Positions 17,785-28,900 of a stretch of 64,000 nt of DNA are shown piece after piece (within the stretch, counting starts at the first letter, position 1; each line of letters starts with the position of its first letter). This stretch comes from an uncultured Prevotellaceae bacterium (GTDB taxonomy: Bacteria > Bacteroidota > Bacteroidia > Bacteroidales > Bacteroidaceae). The stretch spans positions 27,534 through 91,533 of the forward strand of contig CADCDY010000003.1 of NCBI GenBank assembly GCA_902800245.1, given 5' to 3'. Below the pieces are notes generated by a model. It was given only the letters and a program-made list of their open reading frames with translations. It ran no database searches and was not told the origin of the DNA. A program made the translations under genes and the position numbers.

Positions 17785-19065
17785 ATGGAAAGAGACAATC
17801 AGATTTTCGAGTTGATTGAGCAGGAGCACCAGCGCCAGTTGAAGGGCATTGAGCTCATTGCCAGTGAGAACTTTGTAAGTGACCAGGTCATGGAAGCTAT
17901 GGGTAGCTACCTGACCAACAAATATGCCGAGGGTTATCCTGGACACCGTTACTATGGCGGTTGCCAGGTGGTGGACAAGGTGGAGCAGTTGGCCATCGAC
18001 CGCGTTTGCAAGCTGTTCGGTGCCGAATATGCCAACGTGCAGCCTCACTCCGGTGCACAGGCCAATGCTGCCGTGCTGCTGGCTGTGCTGAAGCCCGGCG
18101 ATTGCTTCATGGGTCTGAACCTGGACCACGGCGGTCACCTCTCACACGGTTCGCTGGTGAACACAAGCGGTATCCTCTACAAGCCCGTGGGCTACAACCT
18201 GAACAAGGAAACCGGTCGCGTGGACTACGACGAGATGGAGCGCCTGGCCATTGAGAACAAACCGAAGCTGATTATCGGCGGTGGCTCGGCCTACAGCCGC
18301 GAGTGGGACTACAAGCGCATGCGTGAGATTGCCGACAAGGTGGGCGCTCTGCTGATGATTGACATGGCGCACCCCGCCGGTCTGATTGCCGCTGGTCTGT
18401 TGGAGAACCCCGTGAAGTGGGCTCACATCGTGACCTCTACGACCCACAAGACCCTGCGTGGTCCCCGCGGTGGTATCATCCTGCTAGGCAAGGACTTCGA
18501 GAATCCTTGGGGTTACAAGACTCCGAAGGGTCAGGTGAAGATGATGTCGCAGTTGCTGAACAGCGCCGTATTCCCCGGACAGCAGGGCGGACCGCTGGAG
18601 CACGTCATTGCCGCCAAGGCCGTTGCCTTCGGTGAGGCCCTGAAGCCTGAGTTCAAGGAGTGGGCTAAGCAGGTGCAGAAGAATGCGAAAGTGCTGGCCG
18701 AGGAGCTGGTAAAGCGCGGGTTCGGCATCGTCAGCGGCGGTACCGACAACCACTCGATGCTGGTTGACCTGCGTTCGAAGTATCCCGAGCTGACCGGTAA
18801 GGTGGCCGAGAACGCTCTGGTTGCTGCCGACATCACCGTGAATAAGAACATGGTGCCGTTCGACACACGTTCGGCCTTCCAGACCAGCGGTATCCGTCTG
18901 GGAACTCCCGCCATCACCACCCGTGGTGCGAAGGAAGACCTGATGGTGCAGATTGCCGCATGGATCGAGGAAGTGTTGAACGACCCCGAAAACGAGCAGG
19001 TGATTGCAAAGGTACGCGGCGAGGTCAATGAGACCATGAAGGGCTATCCCCTCTTCGCCTATTAA
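17785..19065 (+). CDS. glyA: Serine hydroxymethyltransferase
   Basis: [29 protein letters not shown] and [14 protein letters not shown] motifs. Confidence 0.98.
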   Translation: MERDNQIFELIEQEHQRQLKGIELIASENFVSDQVMEAMGSYLTNKYAEGYPGHRYYGGCQVVDKVEQLAIDRVCKLFGAEYANVQPHSGAQANAAVLLAVLKPGDCFMGLNLDHGGHLSHGSLVNTSGILYKPVGYNLNKETGRVDYDEMERLAIENKPKLIIGGGSAYSREWDYKRMREIADKVGALLMIDMAHPAGLIAAGLLENPVKWAHIVTSTTHKTLRGPRGGIILLGKDFENPWGYKTPKGQVKMMSQLLNSAVFPGQQGGPLEHVIAAKAVAFGEALKPEFKEWAKQVQKNAKVLAEELVKRGFGIVSGGTDNHSMLVDLRSKYPELTGKVAENALVAADITVNKNMVPFDTRSAFQTSGIRLGTPAITTRGAKEDLMVQIAAWIEEVLNDPENEQVIAKVRGEVNETMKGYPLFAY

Positions 19066-19074
19066 ACACATAGA

Positions 19075-21735
19075 ATGGTATTTATAAACTACAAAACGAG
19101 TCTACTAACATTGCTTGCAATGCTGGTGCTCTGGTTTCCGACGGATGCCAGCGCCCAGCAATTGCAGGCTTCATTATCCCACTACTCTACCGACAACGGC
19201 CTGCCCAGCAACACCATTGCGGCCATCCATAACGACGACTACGGATTCGTGTGGATAGCCACGTGGAACGGTGTGTCGCGATTCGACGGATACAACTTCT
19301 ACAACTACCGCACGGGAATCACCAGCGGTGTGAAGGGGTTGCACAACCGTATTGACCGCATGACCATCGACCAGATGCAGAACGTGTGGCTGAAGATGTA
19401 CGACGGTCGCGTATTCGTGCTAAACCGCCAGACGGACCGCATAGAAGATCCGCTGGCAGGCATCAGTGGACACGACGGATTCATCGTGGACTACTTCTTC
19501 GTGCCCTACGTGACGAGTGTGGGCGACGTGCTGATGTCGTTCGGTGAGACGGGATTCTATAAACTGCGCCTGGACCGCAACGGATTGAAGCAGGAGCAGA
19601 TCATGACGAGGAACATGACGGTGAAATGCGTGGTGGAAGGCTACCACAACGACCTGTGGGTAGGTACCGAACAGGGCGTACACCGCATCAACACGTCGAA
19701 CCTGTCGCTGGAAAAGGAAGGCTACTTCCTGGATGAGGACATCACCTGCCTGGCCTCGAACGGATACAACATCTTCGCAGGTACCAGGTCGGGAAAAATC
19801 ATGGAATTCTCGTACGGTCAGGAGCCGAAGACGGTGAAAGACTTCGGAAAGGAGATTACCGGACTGTTTGTCGACAGTAACGGGCTGATATGGTTCTCGG
19901 ACTCGGGCGACGGCGCTTACCGTCTGAATCCCGATAAGGGCGATGTGAAATTCTTCAACCAGCGCGTCCTCGTGCCGGAATACACCAGTCGCGGTGCGGA
20001 ATTTACCGAGGCATTGGGACTGGTTTGGGTGCGCATGAATCACGGTGGATACGGATACTACAACCGTGAGGCCGACGAAGTGGAGTACTTCCACAACGAC
20101 CCCAGCAACCCGTGGAACCTGTCGAACTCGGTGAACGCCCGTCTGGAGATGAACGACGGCGTGGTGTGGGAATCGACCATCCGCCGAGGACTGGAGAAAC
20201 TGGAAATCCTGAAGCGCACGATTACGAGGACGCTGGTGATGCCAGAGTCGGAACACCCGATGGACAACGAGGTGCGTGCCATGTGCTACGACGCCAAGCG
20301 CCATCTGACATTCCTGTGTAACAAGCGCGGAAAAATATTCATCTACGACGCCCAGGGCAACCACACAGGTACCATCACCCAGGACGCAAAAGGGACGCCC
20401 ATCAGCCGTCCATACGGTATGTCGATGGACTCGCAGGGCAACTACTGGGTGTGCGACAAGGACAAGGGCGTGTTTAAGATTACGCCTACCGGCGGCGGAT
20501 TTAACGTGCAGAACATCTGTCACACGGACGGTGACGCATGGTCGCTGAGCAGCAATGCCGCCTACCAGGCCGTGGAGGACCACGATGGCAACATCTGGAT
20601 AGCAACGTACGGCGGCGGTGTGAACATCCTGCGCAAGAACAAAGCCGGAAAATATATCGCCATCCACGCGAAGAACGCACTGAAGCGCTATCCGCAGAGC
20701 GCCCACCAGAAGGTGCGCACACTGGCTGTCGACAAGGACGGCAAGGTGTGGGCAGGAACGACGGACGGTATCCTCATCATGCAGATGAGGAACAACAATG
20801 TCACCATCGAGGAGATGCGGATGACGGACCGCCTAGAGGACGGCCTGATGAGTAACGACATCGTCTATCTGGCCTGCGACGCCAAGGGTACGATGTGGAT
20901 TGGCACGAACAGCGGCGGTCTGAGCTGTGTCACGGGCCGCGACGAGCATGGCGGATATAAATTCAAGAACTACGGCATTGCCGACGGACTGCCTTCGGAG
21001 GAGATTCGCGGTATGGCCTTCGACGAGAAGGGTAACGTGTGGTTCTCGACGGATCACGTGCTGAGCTCGTTTGACGTGAAGAAACAGATTTTCACCACCT
21101 ATTCGCAGTTGGACGGTGTCGACGAGACGATGTGCTCGGAAGGTTCCGTCATCATGGGTGAAGGAGGTAACATACTGGTGGGAACGCTGAACGGATACTA
21201 CACCATTGACCGTAAGAAGCTGAAGAATGCGACGGGTTCGCTACTGAAACTGCGCATCACGGACTTCTATCTGGACGACGAGTTGCAGAGTCCGCGACTG
21301 AACGATACCTACGACTACTACGTGCCCGAGAGCCGCAAGGTGGAGCTGCCCTCGCACGGTTCGGCATTTGCGTTCCGCTTTGCAGCACTGAACTATCAAC
21401 TGCAGCACCGCATGGTGTATCAGTATAAGTTGGACGGCTACGACCGCGACTGGGTGAATGCCGACAAAACGCGTACTGCACACTACCATAACGTGCCCGC
21501 AGGAACATATCGGTTCCAGGTGAAGGCATTCTTGCTGGAGTCGCCCGAGGCCTACGACACACGAACCATTGAGATTACGGTGCCACCGAGTCCGTTGCTG
21601 TCGCCAACGGCCGTCTGGGTGTACATGGTGCTGATGGCTGTCGGAATGCTGTTCGGCCTGTGGTGGTATCAGGAGCGTTTGCGCAAGCAGCAACAAGGAC
21701 AATATACAATGTTTGAACAAGAACAACAGCAATGA
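19075..21735 (+). CDS. HTCS-type sensor ectodomain (beta-propeller repeats, Y_Y_Y domain, TM helix) with no cytoplasmic output domain
   Basis: GLPSN, VWIATWNG, IWIATYGGG and GLMSN propeller repeats; YQYKLDGYD...YHNVPAGTYRFQVKA; a TM helix followed by a ~20-aa tail. Confidence 0.85.
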   Translation: MVFINYKTSLLTLLAMLVLWFPTDASAQQLQASLSHYSTDNGLPSNTIAAIHNDDYGFVWIATWNGVSRFDGYNFYNYRTGITSGVKGLHNRIDRMTIDQMQNVWLKMYDGRVFVLNRQTDRIEDPLAGISGHDGFIVDYFFVPYVTSVGDVLMSFGETGFYKLRLDRNGLKQEQIMTRNMTVKCVVEGYHNDLWVGTEQGVHRINTSNLSLEKEGYFLDEDITCLASNGYNIFAGTRSGKIMEFSYGQEPKTVKDFGKEITGLFVDSNGLIWFSDSGDGAYRLNPDKGDVKFFNQRVLVPEYTSRGAEFTEALGLVWVRMNHGGYGYYNREADEVEYFHNDPSNPWNLSNSVNARLEMNDGVVWESTIRRGLEKLEILKRTITRTLVMPESEHPMDNEVRAMCYDAKRHLTFLCNKRGKIFIYDAQGNHTGTITQDAKGTPISRPYGMSMDSQGNYWVCDKDKGVFKITPTGGGFNVQNICHTDGDAWSLSSNAAYQAVEDHDGNIWIATYGGGVNILRKNKAGKYIAIHAKNALKRYPQSAHQKVRTLAVDKDGKVWAGTTDGILIMQMRNNNVTIEEMRMTDRLEDGLMSNDIVYLACDAKGTMWIGTNSGGLSCVTGRDEHGGYKFKNYGIADGLPSEEIRGMAFDEKGNVWFSTDHVLSSFDVKKQIFTTYSQLDGVDETMCSEGSVIMGEGGNILVGTLNGYYTIDRKKLKNATGSLLKLRITDFYLDDELQSPRLNDTYDYYVPESRKVELPSHGSAFAFRFAALNYQLQHRMVYQYKLDGYDRDWVNADKTRTAHYHNVPAGTYRFQVKAFLLESPEAYDTRTIEITVPPSPLLSPTAVWVYMVLMAVGMLFGLWWYQERLRKQQQGQYTMFEQEQQQ

Positions 21736-23021
21736 GAAAACTGTTTATCATATTATGTGGAGCCATCCTGTTGGTTGGCTGTAAGAAGGACAACGACGAG
21801 CCCGTGAAGAAGGACACCCAGAGGACTGTGGTGGTATATATCTCGGGCGACAACAACCTGTCGACGGCGGCGTTGAGTGACATCAACGAGATGAAGGAGG
21901 GTGCCACGGGCATTCCGTCGGACGGCCGTCTGATAGCGTTTGTAGATCGTAGCTTGGCCGGTGAGAAACCCTTTATCGTAGAAATCAAGAACGACAAGAA
22001 TCAGCCGATGGACACGCTGTATAAGTATCCTAGTGATTTCTACGCCTCCGACCCCGATTTATTCAGCGAGGTATTGGAGCGCGTGGTGGGACTGTGTCCG
22101 TCAAAAGAATATGGCTTGGTGCTGTGGGGACACGGTTCGGGATGGCTCGTAGAACCTGACACCATTGCGCAGAAGCGTGCTTACGGTATTGACGAAACAG
22201 GTAACGGCAGTGGCGGCAAGTGGATGAATATGACCCAGATGGCCCGTGCGCTGAAGGGGCTGCAGACGAGAAACGTGATGCCGAAGCTGAGCTTTATCTT
22301 TGCCGACTGCTGTAACATGATGTGCATGGAGGTGGGCTACGAGCTGAAGGACGTGACGGACTACATGATTGGTTCGCCTGCCGAAATCCCAGGTTGGGGC
22401 GCGCCCTACAAATTGATGGTGGCCCAGCTGTTTAAGAGTGGCAGCAACCTGTATCGGGGCATCATCGACACCTATTATGATTATTATGCCGACTTCAATA
22501 ACCTGAATCCAGGAGAGCAAAGTTCTTGGCCGTATATGAAGGACGGCTATAGTGTGCCGCTGTCAGTCATTGACACGAAATATGTCGGTGATTTGGCGAA
22601 TAAGACGCACGATATGCTGGAGCGCGCCCAAGGCGGCTATCCGATGTATCCTGAGACTCCGGACCTGTCGGGCATTGCGTTATATTGTTACAACACCTAT
22701 TCGCTTTGGCCTGTGGACATGATGTACGACATGAGGGCCATCATGGAGCGGCTGTTGTCGGCAGAGGATTTTGCAACGTGGGACAAGACCTACCAGCAGG
22801 CGGTGCCTTACTATCGGATGTCCATGAAATGGATGACGGAGCTCTATGAACAATATCAGGCATTCTCCACTTTTGACCCGAACCTGAAATACGGTTGCGT
22901 GAGTATGTTCATCCCCAGAGAAGGACAAAGCTACAGCTACGGCTATATGCCGCTGAACCAAACGGTGCAGAACTTTGTCTGGAGCCGTGTGATGGACTGG
23001 GAACGCTTCGGTTGGGAGTAA
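21732..23021 (+). CDS. Clostripain-family (peptidase C11) lipoprotein
   Basis: Lipobox LVGC, VVVYISGDNNL, WGHGSGW (catalytic His), FADCCNM (catalytic Cys) and IGSPAEIP. Coupled to the sensor gene by ATGA. Confidence 0.88.
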   Translation: MRKLFIILCGAILLVGCKKDNDEPVKKDTQRTVVVYISGDNNLSTAALSDINEMKEGATGIPSDGRLIAFVDRSLAGEKPFIVEIKNDKNQPMDTLYKYPSDFYASDPDLFSEVLERVVGLCPSKEYGLVLWGHGSGWLVEPDTIAQKRAYGIDETGNGSGGKWMNMTQMARALKGLQTRNVMPKLSFIFADCCNMMCMEVGYELKDVTDYMIGSPAEIPGWGAPYKLMVAQLFKSGSNLYRGIIDTYYDYYADFNNLNPGEQSSWPYMKDGYSVPLSVIDTKYVGDLANKTHDMLERAQGGYPMYPETPDLSGIALYCYNTYSLWPVDMMYDMRAIMERLLSAEDFATWDKTYQQAVPYYRMSMKWMTELYEQYQAFSTFDPNLKYGCVSMFIPREGQSYSYGYMPLNQTVQNFVWSRVMDWERFGWE

Positions 23022-23084
23022 AAATACTCTTGGAATAAAAGAAATTACTCTTGGAGAAAAAAGAAATTCTCCAAGAGTATTTTT
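23021..23084. terminator. Bidirectional terminator-like hairpin with a duplicated left arm
   Basis: TACTCTTGGA at 23025 and 23046, inverted TCCAAGAGTA at 23070, A/T tracts on both sides, between convergent genes. Confidence 0.7.
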
Positions 23085-24423
23085 ATTTAGTCCCTTCTTT
23101 GTCTTGTTCGTGTATAATCACTTTTACCTTTGAGATTCGGCGTTCTTCCATATCGAGAATCTCGAAGGTGAAATGCTGGTATTCTATCTTCTCGTGAAGT
23201 TTCGGGAAGTCACCCTTGATTTCAAGCAACAGGCCGGCAATGGTGTCGGCATCGCCCTCGACATCCTCGAAAATGTCGTCGTCGACATTCACAATCCGGT
23301 AGAACTCGGACAGCAAGGTCTTGCCCTCGAAGACAAAGGTGTTGGCATTGACACGCACATAGTTCTTCTCGTCCTCGTCGTACTCGTCGTTGATTTCACC
23401 GACAATTTCCTCGAGGATATCCTCCAGCGTCACGATACCGCTGGTGCCACCGAACTCATCTACGACTATGGCAATGTGCACCTTATTTTCCTGGAACTCG
23501 CGTAACAGATCGTCAATCTTCTTCGTCTCGGGAACGAAATACGGCGGACGGATGAGCGACTGCCAGCGGAAACTGCTGCCTTTCGACAGGTGCGGCAACA
23601 GGTCCTTGATATACAGGATGCCACGAACGTTGTCGCTATTATCCTGATAGACAGGAATGCGCGAATAGTTGTTGGCCACAACACAACGCAGCACTTCGGC
23701 AAACGACGCCTTGAAGTCGAGGTCGACAACATCCTGACGCGACGTCATAATCTCCTTCGCCGTCTCGTCGCCAAAGCGCACAATACCCTCGAGCATACGT
23801 TTCTCCTCGCGGATATCGTCCTTATCGGTCAGTTCCAACGCCTGCTCCAAATCGTCAACGCTGAGCACATGACTCTCCTTACGCACCATTTTATCTGCCA
23901 GAATGCCCGACTTGATAAGAATGGATGCAAAGGGATAGCATAACTTGCGGAAGAACATGATGCCATTGACGGCACGACGACAGAAACTGAGGGGGTGTTG
24001 TCCGGCATAGACCTTCGGCATAATTTCGCCGAAAAGCAGCAGGAGGAACGTCAGCAGAACGGTGACGAACAGGAACTGCAGCCAGTAGGAACCGCCAAAG
24101 TCAATGACGTGCGCAATGAAATAGTTGAGCAGCATGATGATGGTGACGTTCACCAGATTGTTGGTAATAAGTATCGTCGCCAGCGTCCGCTCAGAATCCT
24201 CGCGCAGCTGTTTGATCTTGACATCCTCGGAAGTCCGCTCCTCGTCGAGCTCGTTCAAATCGTTTGGTGACAAAGAAAAAAATGCTATCTCAGAACCGGA
24301 GGCAAAGCCCGACACCAGCAACAATAGGCAGGCTAACACACCGGCAATAATAGCACCTAACGACGGTGACATCAGCGTCACACCGTCGAAAAACTGAGAG
24401 AATTGTTGAAGATATTCGTCCAT
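23083..24423 (-). CDS. gldE: CNNM/CBS/CorC-HlyC membrane protein (GldE family)
   Basis: SGSEIAFFSL, FGEIMPK, YSRIPVY and VVDEFGGTSGIVTLEDILEEIVGEI motifs; the ssb-gldE order is typical of Bacteroidota. Confidence 0.9.
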   Translation of the reverse strand: MDEYLQQFSQFFDGVTLMSPSLGAIIAGVLACLLLLVSGFASGSEIAFFSLSPNDLNELDEERTSEDVKIKQLREDSERTLATILITNNLVNVTIIMLLNYFIAHVIDFGGSYWLQFLFVTVLLTFLLLLFGEIMPKVYAGQHPLSFCRRAVNGIMFFRKLCYPFASILIKSGILADKMVRKESHVLSVDDLEQALELTDKDDIREEKRMLEGIVRFGDETAKEIMTSRQDVVDLDFKASFAEVLRCVVANNYSRIPVYQDNSDNVRGILYIKDLLPHLSKGSSFRWQSLIRPPYFVPETKKIDDLLREFQENKVHIAIVVDEFGGTSGIVTLEDILEEIVGEINDEYDEDEKNYVRVNANTFVFEGKTLLSEFYRIVNVDDDIFEDVEGDADTIAGLLLEIKGDFPKLHEKIEYQHFTFEILDMEERRISKVKVIIHEQDKEGTK

Positions 24424-24425
24424 AC

Positions 24426-24797
24426 TTACTCAGTCGTTGCGTCTGTCTCGGAAGGAGCCGCAGATGATGAACGCGGAGAGAGCAACTCCAGATTGTCGGC
24501 CCAGATTTCCGTCATGCTGCGACGCTGTCCTTGCTTGTCGTCATAGGTAGAATAACGGATACGGCCTTCGATATACAATTTGTCGCCCTTATGGACATAT
24601 TTTTCGACGATTTCGGCCAGTTTACGCCACAGAATGACATTATGCCAATCGGTGTGGTCGGGAACCTGCGTACCGTTCGGCAACGTATAGCCTCGCTCTG
24701 TCGTAGCCAAACGGATACGTGCTACGGCAACACCCTGATCGACATAACGGATCTCAGGGTCCTGACCTACGTTACCTATCAACATCACCTTATTCAT
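24426..24797 (-). CDS. ssb: Single-stranded DNA-binding protein
   Basis: MNKVMLIGNVGQDPE, TDWHNV and KGDKLYIEGRI motifs. Confidence 0.95.
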   Translation of the reverse strand: MNKVMLIGNVGQDPEIRYVDQGVAVARIRLATTERGYTLPNGTQVPDHTDWHNVILWRKLAEIVEKYVHKGDKLYIEGRIRYSTYDDKQGQRRSMTEIWADNLELLSPRSSSAAPSETDATTE

Positions 24798-24803
24798 AAG
24801 CGC

Positions 24804-25340
24804 TTACTTGCAAAGTCCTAAGAAAGTGAACTTGAAATTCTTACCCTTGGCAGAAGGGAACTGACTGCGAGGATCCACACGCTCGCTCAAGTGGTCGACA
24901 ATGCGATTGTAGCAGTCCATACCCGATACCGCCTTGCAGCAAGCCACAAAATGCGTGTCGCGATACTGAAACTTATTCGTGCCGGGAACGACGGCGACAC
25001 GCTTGAAATCGAGCGCACCTTCGTACCAGCCGAAGCGTTCCTCGTTGAGACGCACCAGCGCTGGAAGCTCCTGCTTGGGAGCGGGGGCAACAGGACGCAC
25101 GGCCTTCTTATCTTTAAAATCTTCCATTGATTCTGCCTCGGTCTTGATGATGATAAAATAGACACGCGGACGAACCTTATAACGCTTGGGATACATTACA
25201 TTACTGCCGACATACTCACGAATGTCGCGCTCAAGCATTGGATTCATTCCTATCTCCTCTATCTCGGAGAGAAAAGCAACAGCTTCATCTGCATTTTTAA
25301 CCAATACTTCCTGGTCAAAGTATCGAATATATAAGTTCAT
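24804..25340 (-). CDS. Hypothetical protein
   Basis: 178-aa ORF co-oriented and tightly packed between the tRNA cluster and ssb. Confidence 0.75.
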   Translation of the reverse strand: MNLYIRYFDQEVLVKNADEAVAFLSEIEEIGMNPMLERDIREYVGSNVMYPKRYKVRPRVYFIIIKTEAESMEDFKDKKAVRPVAPAPKQELPALVRLNEERFGWYEGALDFKRVAVVPGTNKFQYRDTHFVACCKAVSGMDCYNRIVDHLSERVDPRSQFPSAKGKNFKFTFLGLCK

Positions 25341-25375
25341 CTAAAAAGGTTGTTTTGTTTTTCCGTATAAAAAAG

Positions 25376-25448
25376 AGCGGAAAACGGGACTCGGACCCGC
25401 GACCCCAACCTTGGCAAGGTTGTGCTCTACCAACTGAGCTATTTCCGC
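25376..25448 (-). tRNA. tRNA-Gly(GCC)
   Basis: GCGGAAATAGCTCAGTTGGTAGAGCACAACCTTGCCAAGGTTGGGGTCGCGGGTCCGAGTCCCGTTTTCCGCT folds as a cloverleaf. Confidence 0.96.
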
Positions 25449-25465
25449 AAACTAAAACCGCGATG

Positions 25466-25549
25466 TGAAGAGGAGGAGACTCGAACTCCCACGTCGCAAT
25501 TGACACTACCCCCTCAAAGTAGCGCGTCTACCAATTCCGCCACCTCTCC
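25466..25549 (-). tRNA. tRNA-Leu(GAG)
   Basis: GGAGAGGTGGCGGAATTGGTAGACGCGCTACTTTGAGGGGGTAG..., long variable arm, GTTCGAGT T-loop. Confidence 0.95.
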
Positions 25550-25579
25550 AACATTAAATAATGTATGAATAAAAAAGAG

Positions 25580-25661
25580 TGCCCAGAACAGGACTCGAAC
25601 CTGCACGCCTCGCGGCACACGCACCTGAAACGTGCGCGTCTACCAATTCCGCCACCTGGGC
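25580..25661 (-). tRNA. tRNA-Leu(CAG)
   Basis: GCCCAGGTGGCGGAATTGGTAGACGCGCACGTTTCAGGTGCGTG...GGTTCGAGTCCTGTTCTGGGCA. Confidence 0.95.
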
Positions 25662-25708
25662 ATTCCGCATTTTCGTTCCGTCACATCTCTCTTGATGGCG
25701 TTTCTTTG

Positions 25709-25782
25709 TGATTCCGGCGGGATTCAAACCCACAACCTTCTGATCCGTAGTCAGATGCTCTATTCAGTTGAGCTACGGAACC
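25709..25782 (-). tRNA. tRNA-Arg(ACG)
   Basis: GGTTCCGTAGCTCAACTGAATAGAGCATCTGACTACGGATCAGAAGGTTGTGGGTTTGAATCCCGCCGGAATCA. Confidence 0.95.
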
Positions 25783-25835
25783 TCCTTTTTCCCGAAAACC
25801 GGGCGGCAAATTAGTTCCTATTTCTGATTTGCGGG

Positions 25836-25870
25836 TGCAAAGGTAATCACTTTTTGCGAAACTGCCAAAC
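25836..25870 (-). promoter_or_regulatory. Promoter of the tRNA operon
   Basis: TTTG about 20 nt upstream of TACCTTTGCACC on the minus strand. Confidence 0.7.
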
Positions 25871-25888
25871 TTTTTCGGGACTTTTTTC

Positions 25889-25923
25889 AAAAAAAGAGGC
25901 AGATTCCTAAAAATCCGCCTCTT
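25889..25923 (-). terminator. Rho-independent terminator of the T9SS-cargo cluster
   Basis: AAGAGGCAGATT / AATCCGCCTCTT stem (plus-strand arms) followed by a U tract on the minus strand. Confidence 0.75.
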
Positions 25924-25945
25924 CCAGTATGAAATCTGTTCCTGA

Positions 25946-28900
25946 TTACTTCACGATGTACTTCTTTCCGTTCTTCAGATAGATGCCTTTCTCGACAGGA
26001 TGCTGTTGCAACTGGCGACCATCCAGCGAGTACCACCGGTTATTACCTATTTCATTATTGCGACGGACAACATCCACAGCTGTGGGCTTCTCTTCGCCTT
26101 CCCACCAAACAGTGAGCGGAGCAGAACCTTCTATATTAAGATATGCTTCAAAGGGCAGTACGTCAGCCACCTTCTGGAACTTCTTTGTCTCGTTGTCATA
26201 GAAATAGGCATCCGGAAGCCATTCCGGTTTATATGTACCAATCATACCTGTTGAAGGGATGCTAGTCACAGGATTGACTTTAACGCCAGCTTCTTCAATG
26301 ATGTCAACCCCACCCTCTTTAGCCTGAAGATAATAGGGCGTATTGGCTGCAATCGTTGTTGTCTTATTCATTGTGACCATACCATCAGAAATACCACTAT
26401 ACTCAAAGAATATACCATATTTCTCAGGATCTTTTATGTCAAATGGCACGTAGACAGGATACTTTTCATCTGCATGGAACCAACGCTCCAACATGGCACG
26501 ACTTGCAACAAAACCTTCCTCGACACATTCGAAAGTATGATTTCCGTCTCCAATCGACATCTCATTACAAACACTACCTACGACCATGTTCGGGCTGCTG
26601 ACCTCGTTACCAGCGGGCAGATAGACGAACGTTGTCTCGGGCAGGCCCTTGAACGGACCTTCCTCACGGCTGAACTCCTTACCCGTGATACTCGTGCCGC
26701 GCAGGTCGATATAGGTAATATCATAGTTCTGGAAAGCACGCCGTGATGCGTTAGCTGAAGCACCTGTCAGATCAACGAAAGCGTCGTCGTCGAGGTCAGT
26801 AATGCTGGCATTTGCCACAACGATATGTCCGACACCACTCTCAGGAATCCTAAGGTCGGCTCTCGAGAAGCTCAAATAGTCTGACATTCCTGCCGGGGGT
26901 GTATCTATGTTATTTGCCGATACAGACAGGCCGGTGACACCTGTTGATACTGTTGCCTTAGGACCAATGCGATGATTGCCTTCGGCGGGAGCGCTCGCTG
27001 CACCAGACGACTCAACGTGATATACATAGATATAGGTGGCCGACTGACAAGCATAAGGTATTTCGATTGACTTCAGCTCGCCATTAGTCTGTACGAGTGT
27101 TGCCGGCATGTTGCCAACCTTTACGCACAGGGTGTGATCAATCTGCGTCATTGCCGTGATGGTGACGGTACCCGAACCGGCAGGAACCATAAACGTGATA
27201 CCCTTGAAGGTCTTAGCATACTCTTCAGTAGTAGGAATCATTTTGATGGCCTTCTCCAAATCACCATCAGTCATGGTGGAGTTGATAATCAACATACCAT
27301 TGTAAGTACCGTCGTCATTAAGGCCCGCTTCCTGCAAGTCATTCAGCGTATAAAGCACGTCGTCAATAACTATATTTGTCAGTGGATCTTCAGGGTCTCC
27401 AGAGCCATAGTCGATAGTGCTGTTCTTGTCATCATTGTTAACGATAGGATCCAGCGGACTACAAAGCAATGCATAATTGGAATTACCCTCGTTGAGCTTT
27501 TTCATACCCTCTGGTTTCATGATAGCCATCGGGGCCTTGATAGAAACTTTTCTGAATCCTGATACCACCTTCTTCACACAACTCATCGTCAGCGTACCCG
27601 GTTTCGTTTCGTCCGTAATGATGTTCAGCGTCTGATGACCATTGGTCAAATCCAAGATGGCATTGTCATTTATCGTTGTCTCAATGACGTTGTTGCCAAT
27701 GACGTAGATCTCCAGCGCCTCCAGTCCGCTCTCAATACTTGTGATATGGGCATTGGTAAGCGTCAGTCTTTCTTTACCGTCAAACATCACCGAATTATTG
27801 AACAAAGTCTTGCGGTTATCATCAGTCACCACCTGACCGTCAATCTTCAGATTGTATGCGTAACCCGTCACCTTGAGTTTATAGGTGGCCTCCCCATCCT
27901 TATAGTTGGGATCGTTGACAGCTGCCTTGATGGTGGTTTCACCCGTACCCACAATCGTTATAGAGCCATTCTCATCAATCGTAGCAACATCCAGATTCGA
28001 GCTCGAATAGGCTACAATCGCACCTTTGGGATTATTCAACTCAGGCCATATAGGTGTTACGTTGATGGCCGTAGTCAGCTCATAGATATTGTACGACAAC
28101 GAAGCCTCTGCCTGTACAATCTTGAAGGTTGCCGACTTCGTGTTCGTCGTAGAGAAATTCTTGTCCTTCGACGTCAGCGTCACTGTTGCAGTGCCGGCAT
28201 TGATATTATTGCTGTACGCTACACTATACTCGTCAGCAGCAACAGCCTTACCATTGAACATCACCGTCACGGCGGGCTTGATTTCGGAACCGGTAAACGT
28301 CTGATCTGCAATAGTGCCTATCGTCACGTCACCGAGGTCTGCCTTCGCAATCGTGGCTGTCACATTGCCAACAGCCGATTCCGAGTGGTTATCGTCACCG
28401 GTGGCCTTGTAGTAAACAGTATAGCTGCCGACATTAGTAGCCTGAGGTATCGTCTCAGAGAACTCTCCGTCAGCACTCAGCGAGTATACTACCGTACCGC
28501 TTTCTGTCTCACCGGCTGTCACGAGATTCTGAGCAGCACCAGTGTACGTCGGATTCAAAGCCTCAGGAGCCTTCGTCACCGTTGCAACAGCTTTACTAAT
28601 CGCGAACGTGCCTGTTGCCGAGCCCTTGTATTTACCTTGACCGGTGACGGTCACTTCGGCACTGTTACCTGCTTTGATGTTATTGGAATAACCTGACACC
28701 GTATAGTCAGCACTCGTCAGAGCCGTACCATTAGCAAGCACGACAGAGGCAATAGCGGGCTTCTGCTCCCCACCGTTGTAGATGATGCCTCCCTCGGGCA
28801 CGGCCACCGTAACGGTAGCGCCATCAATGCTCGTGCGGCTTTGGAACTCGGCAGTCACCTCGACGTTCAGATTGGCGTCCGCAGGCATTGCTATCGTATA

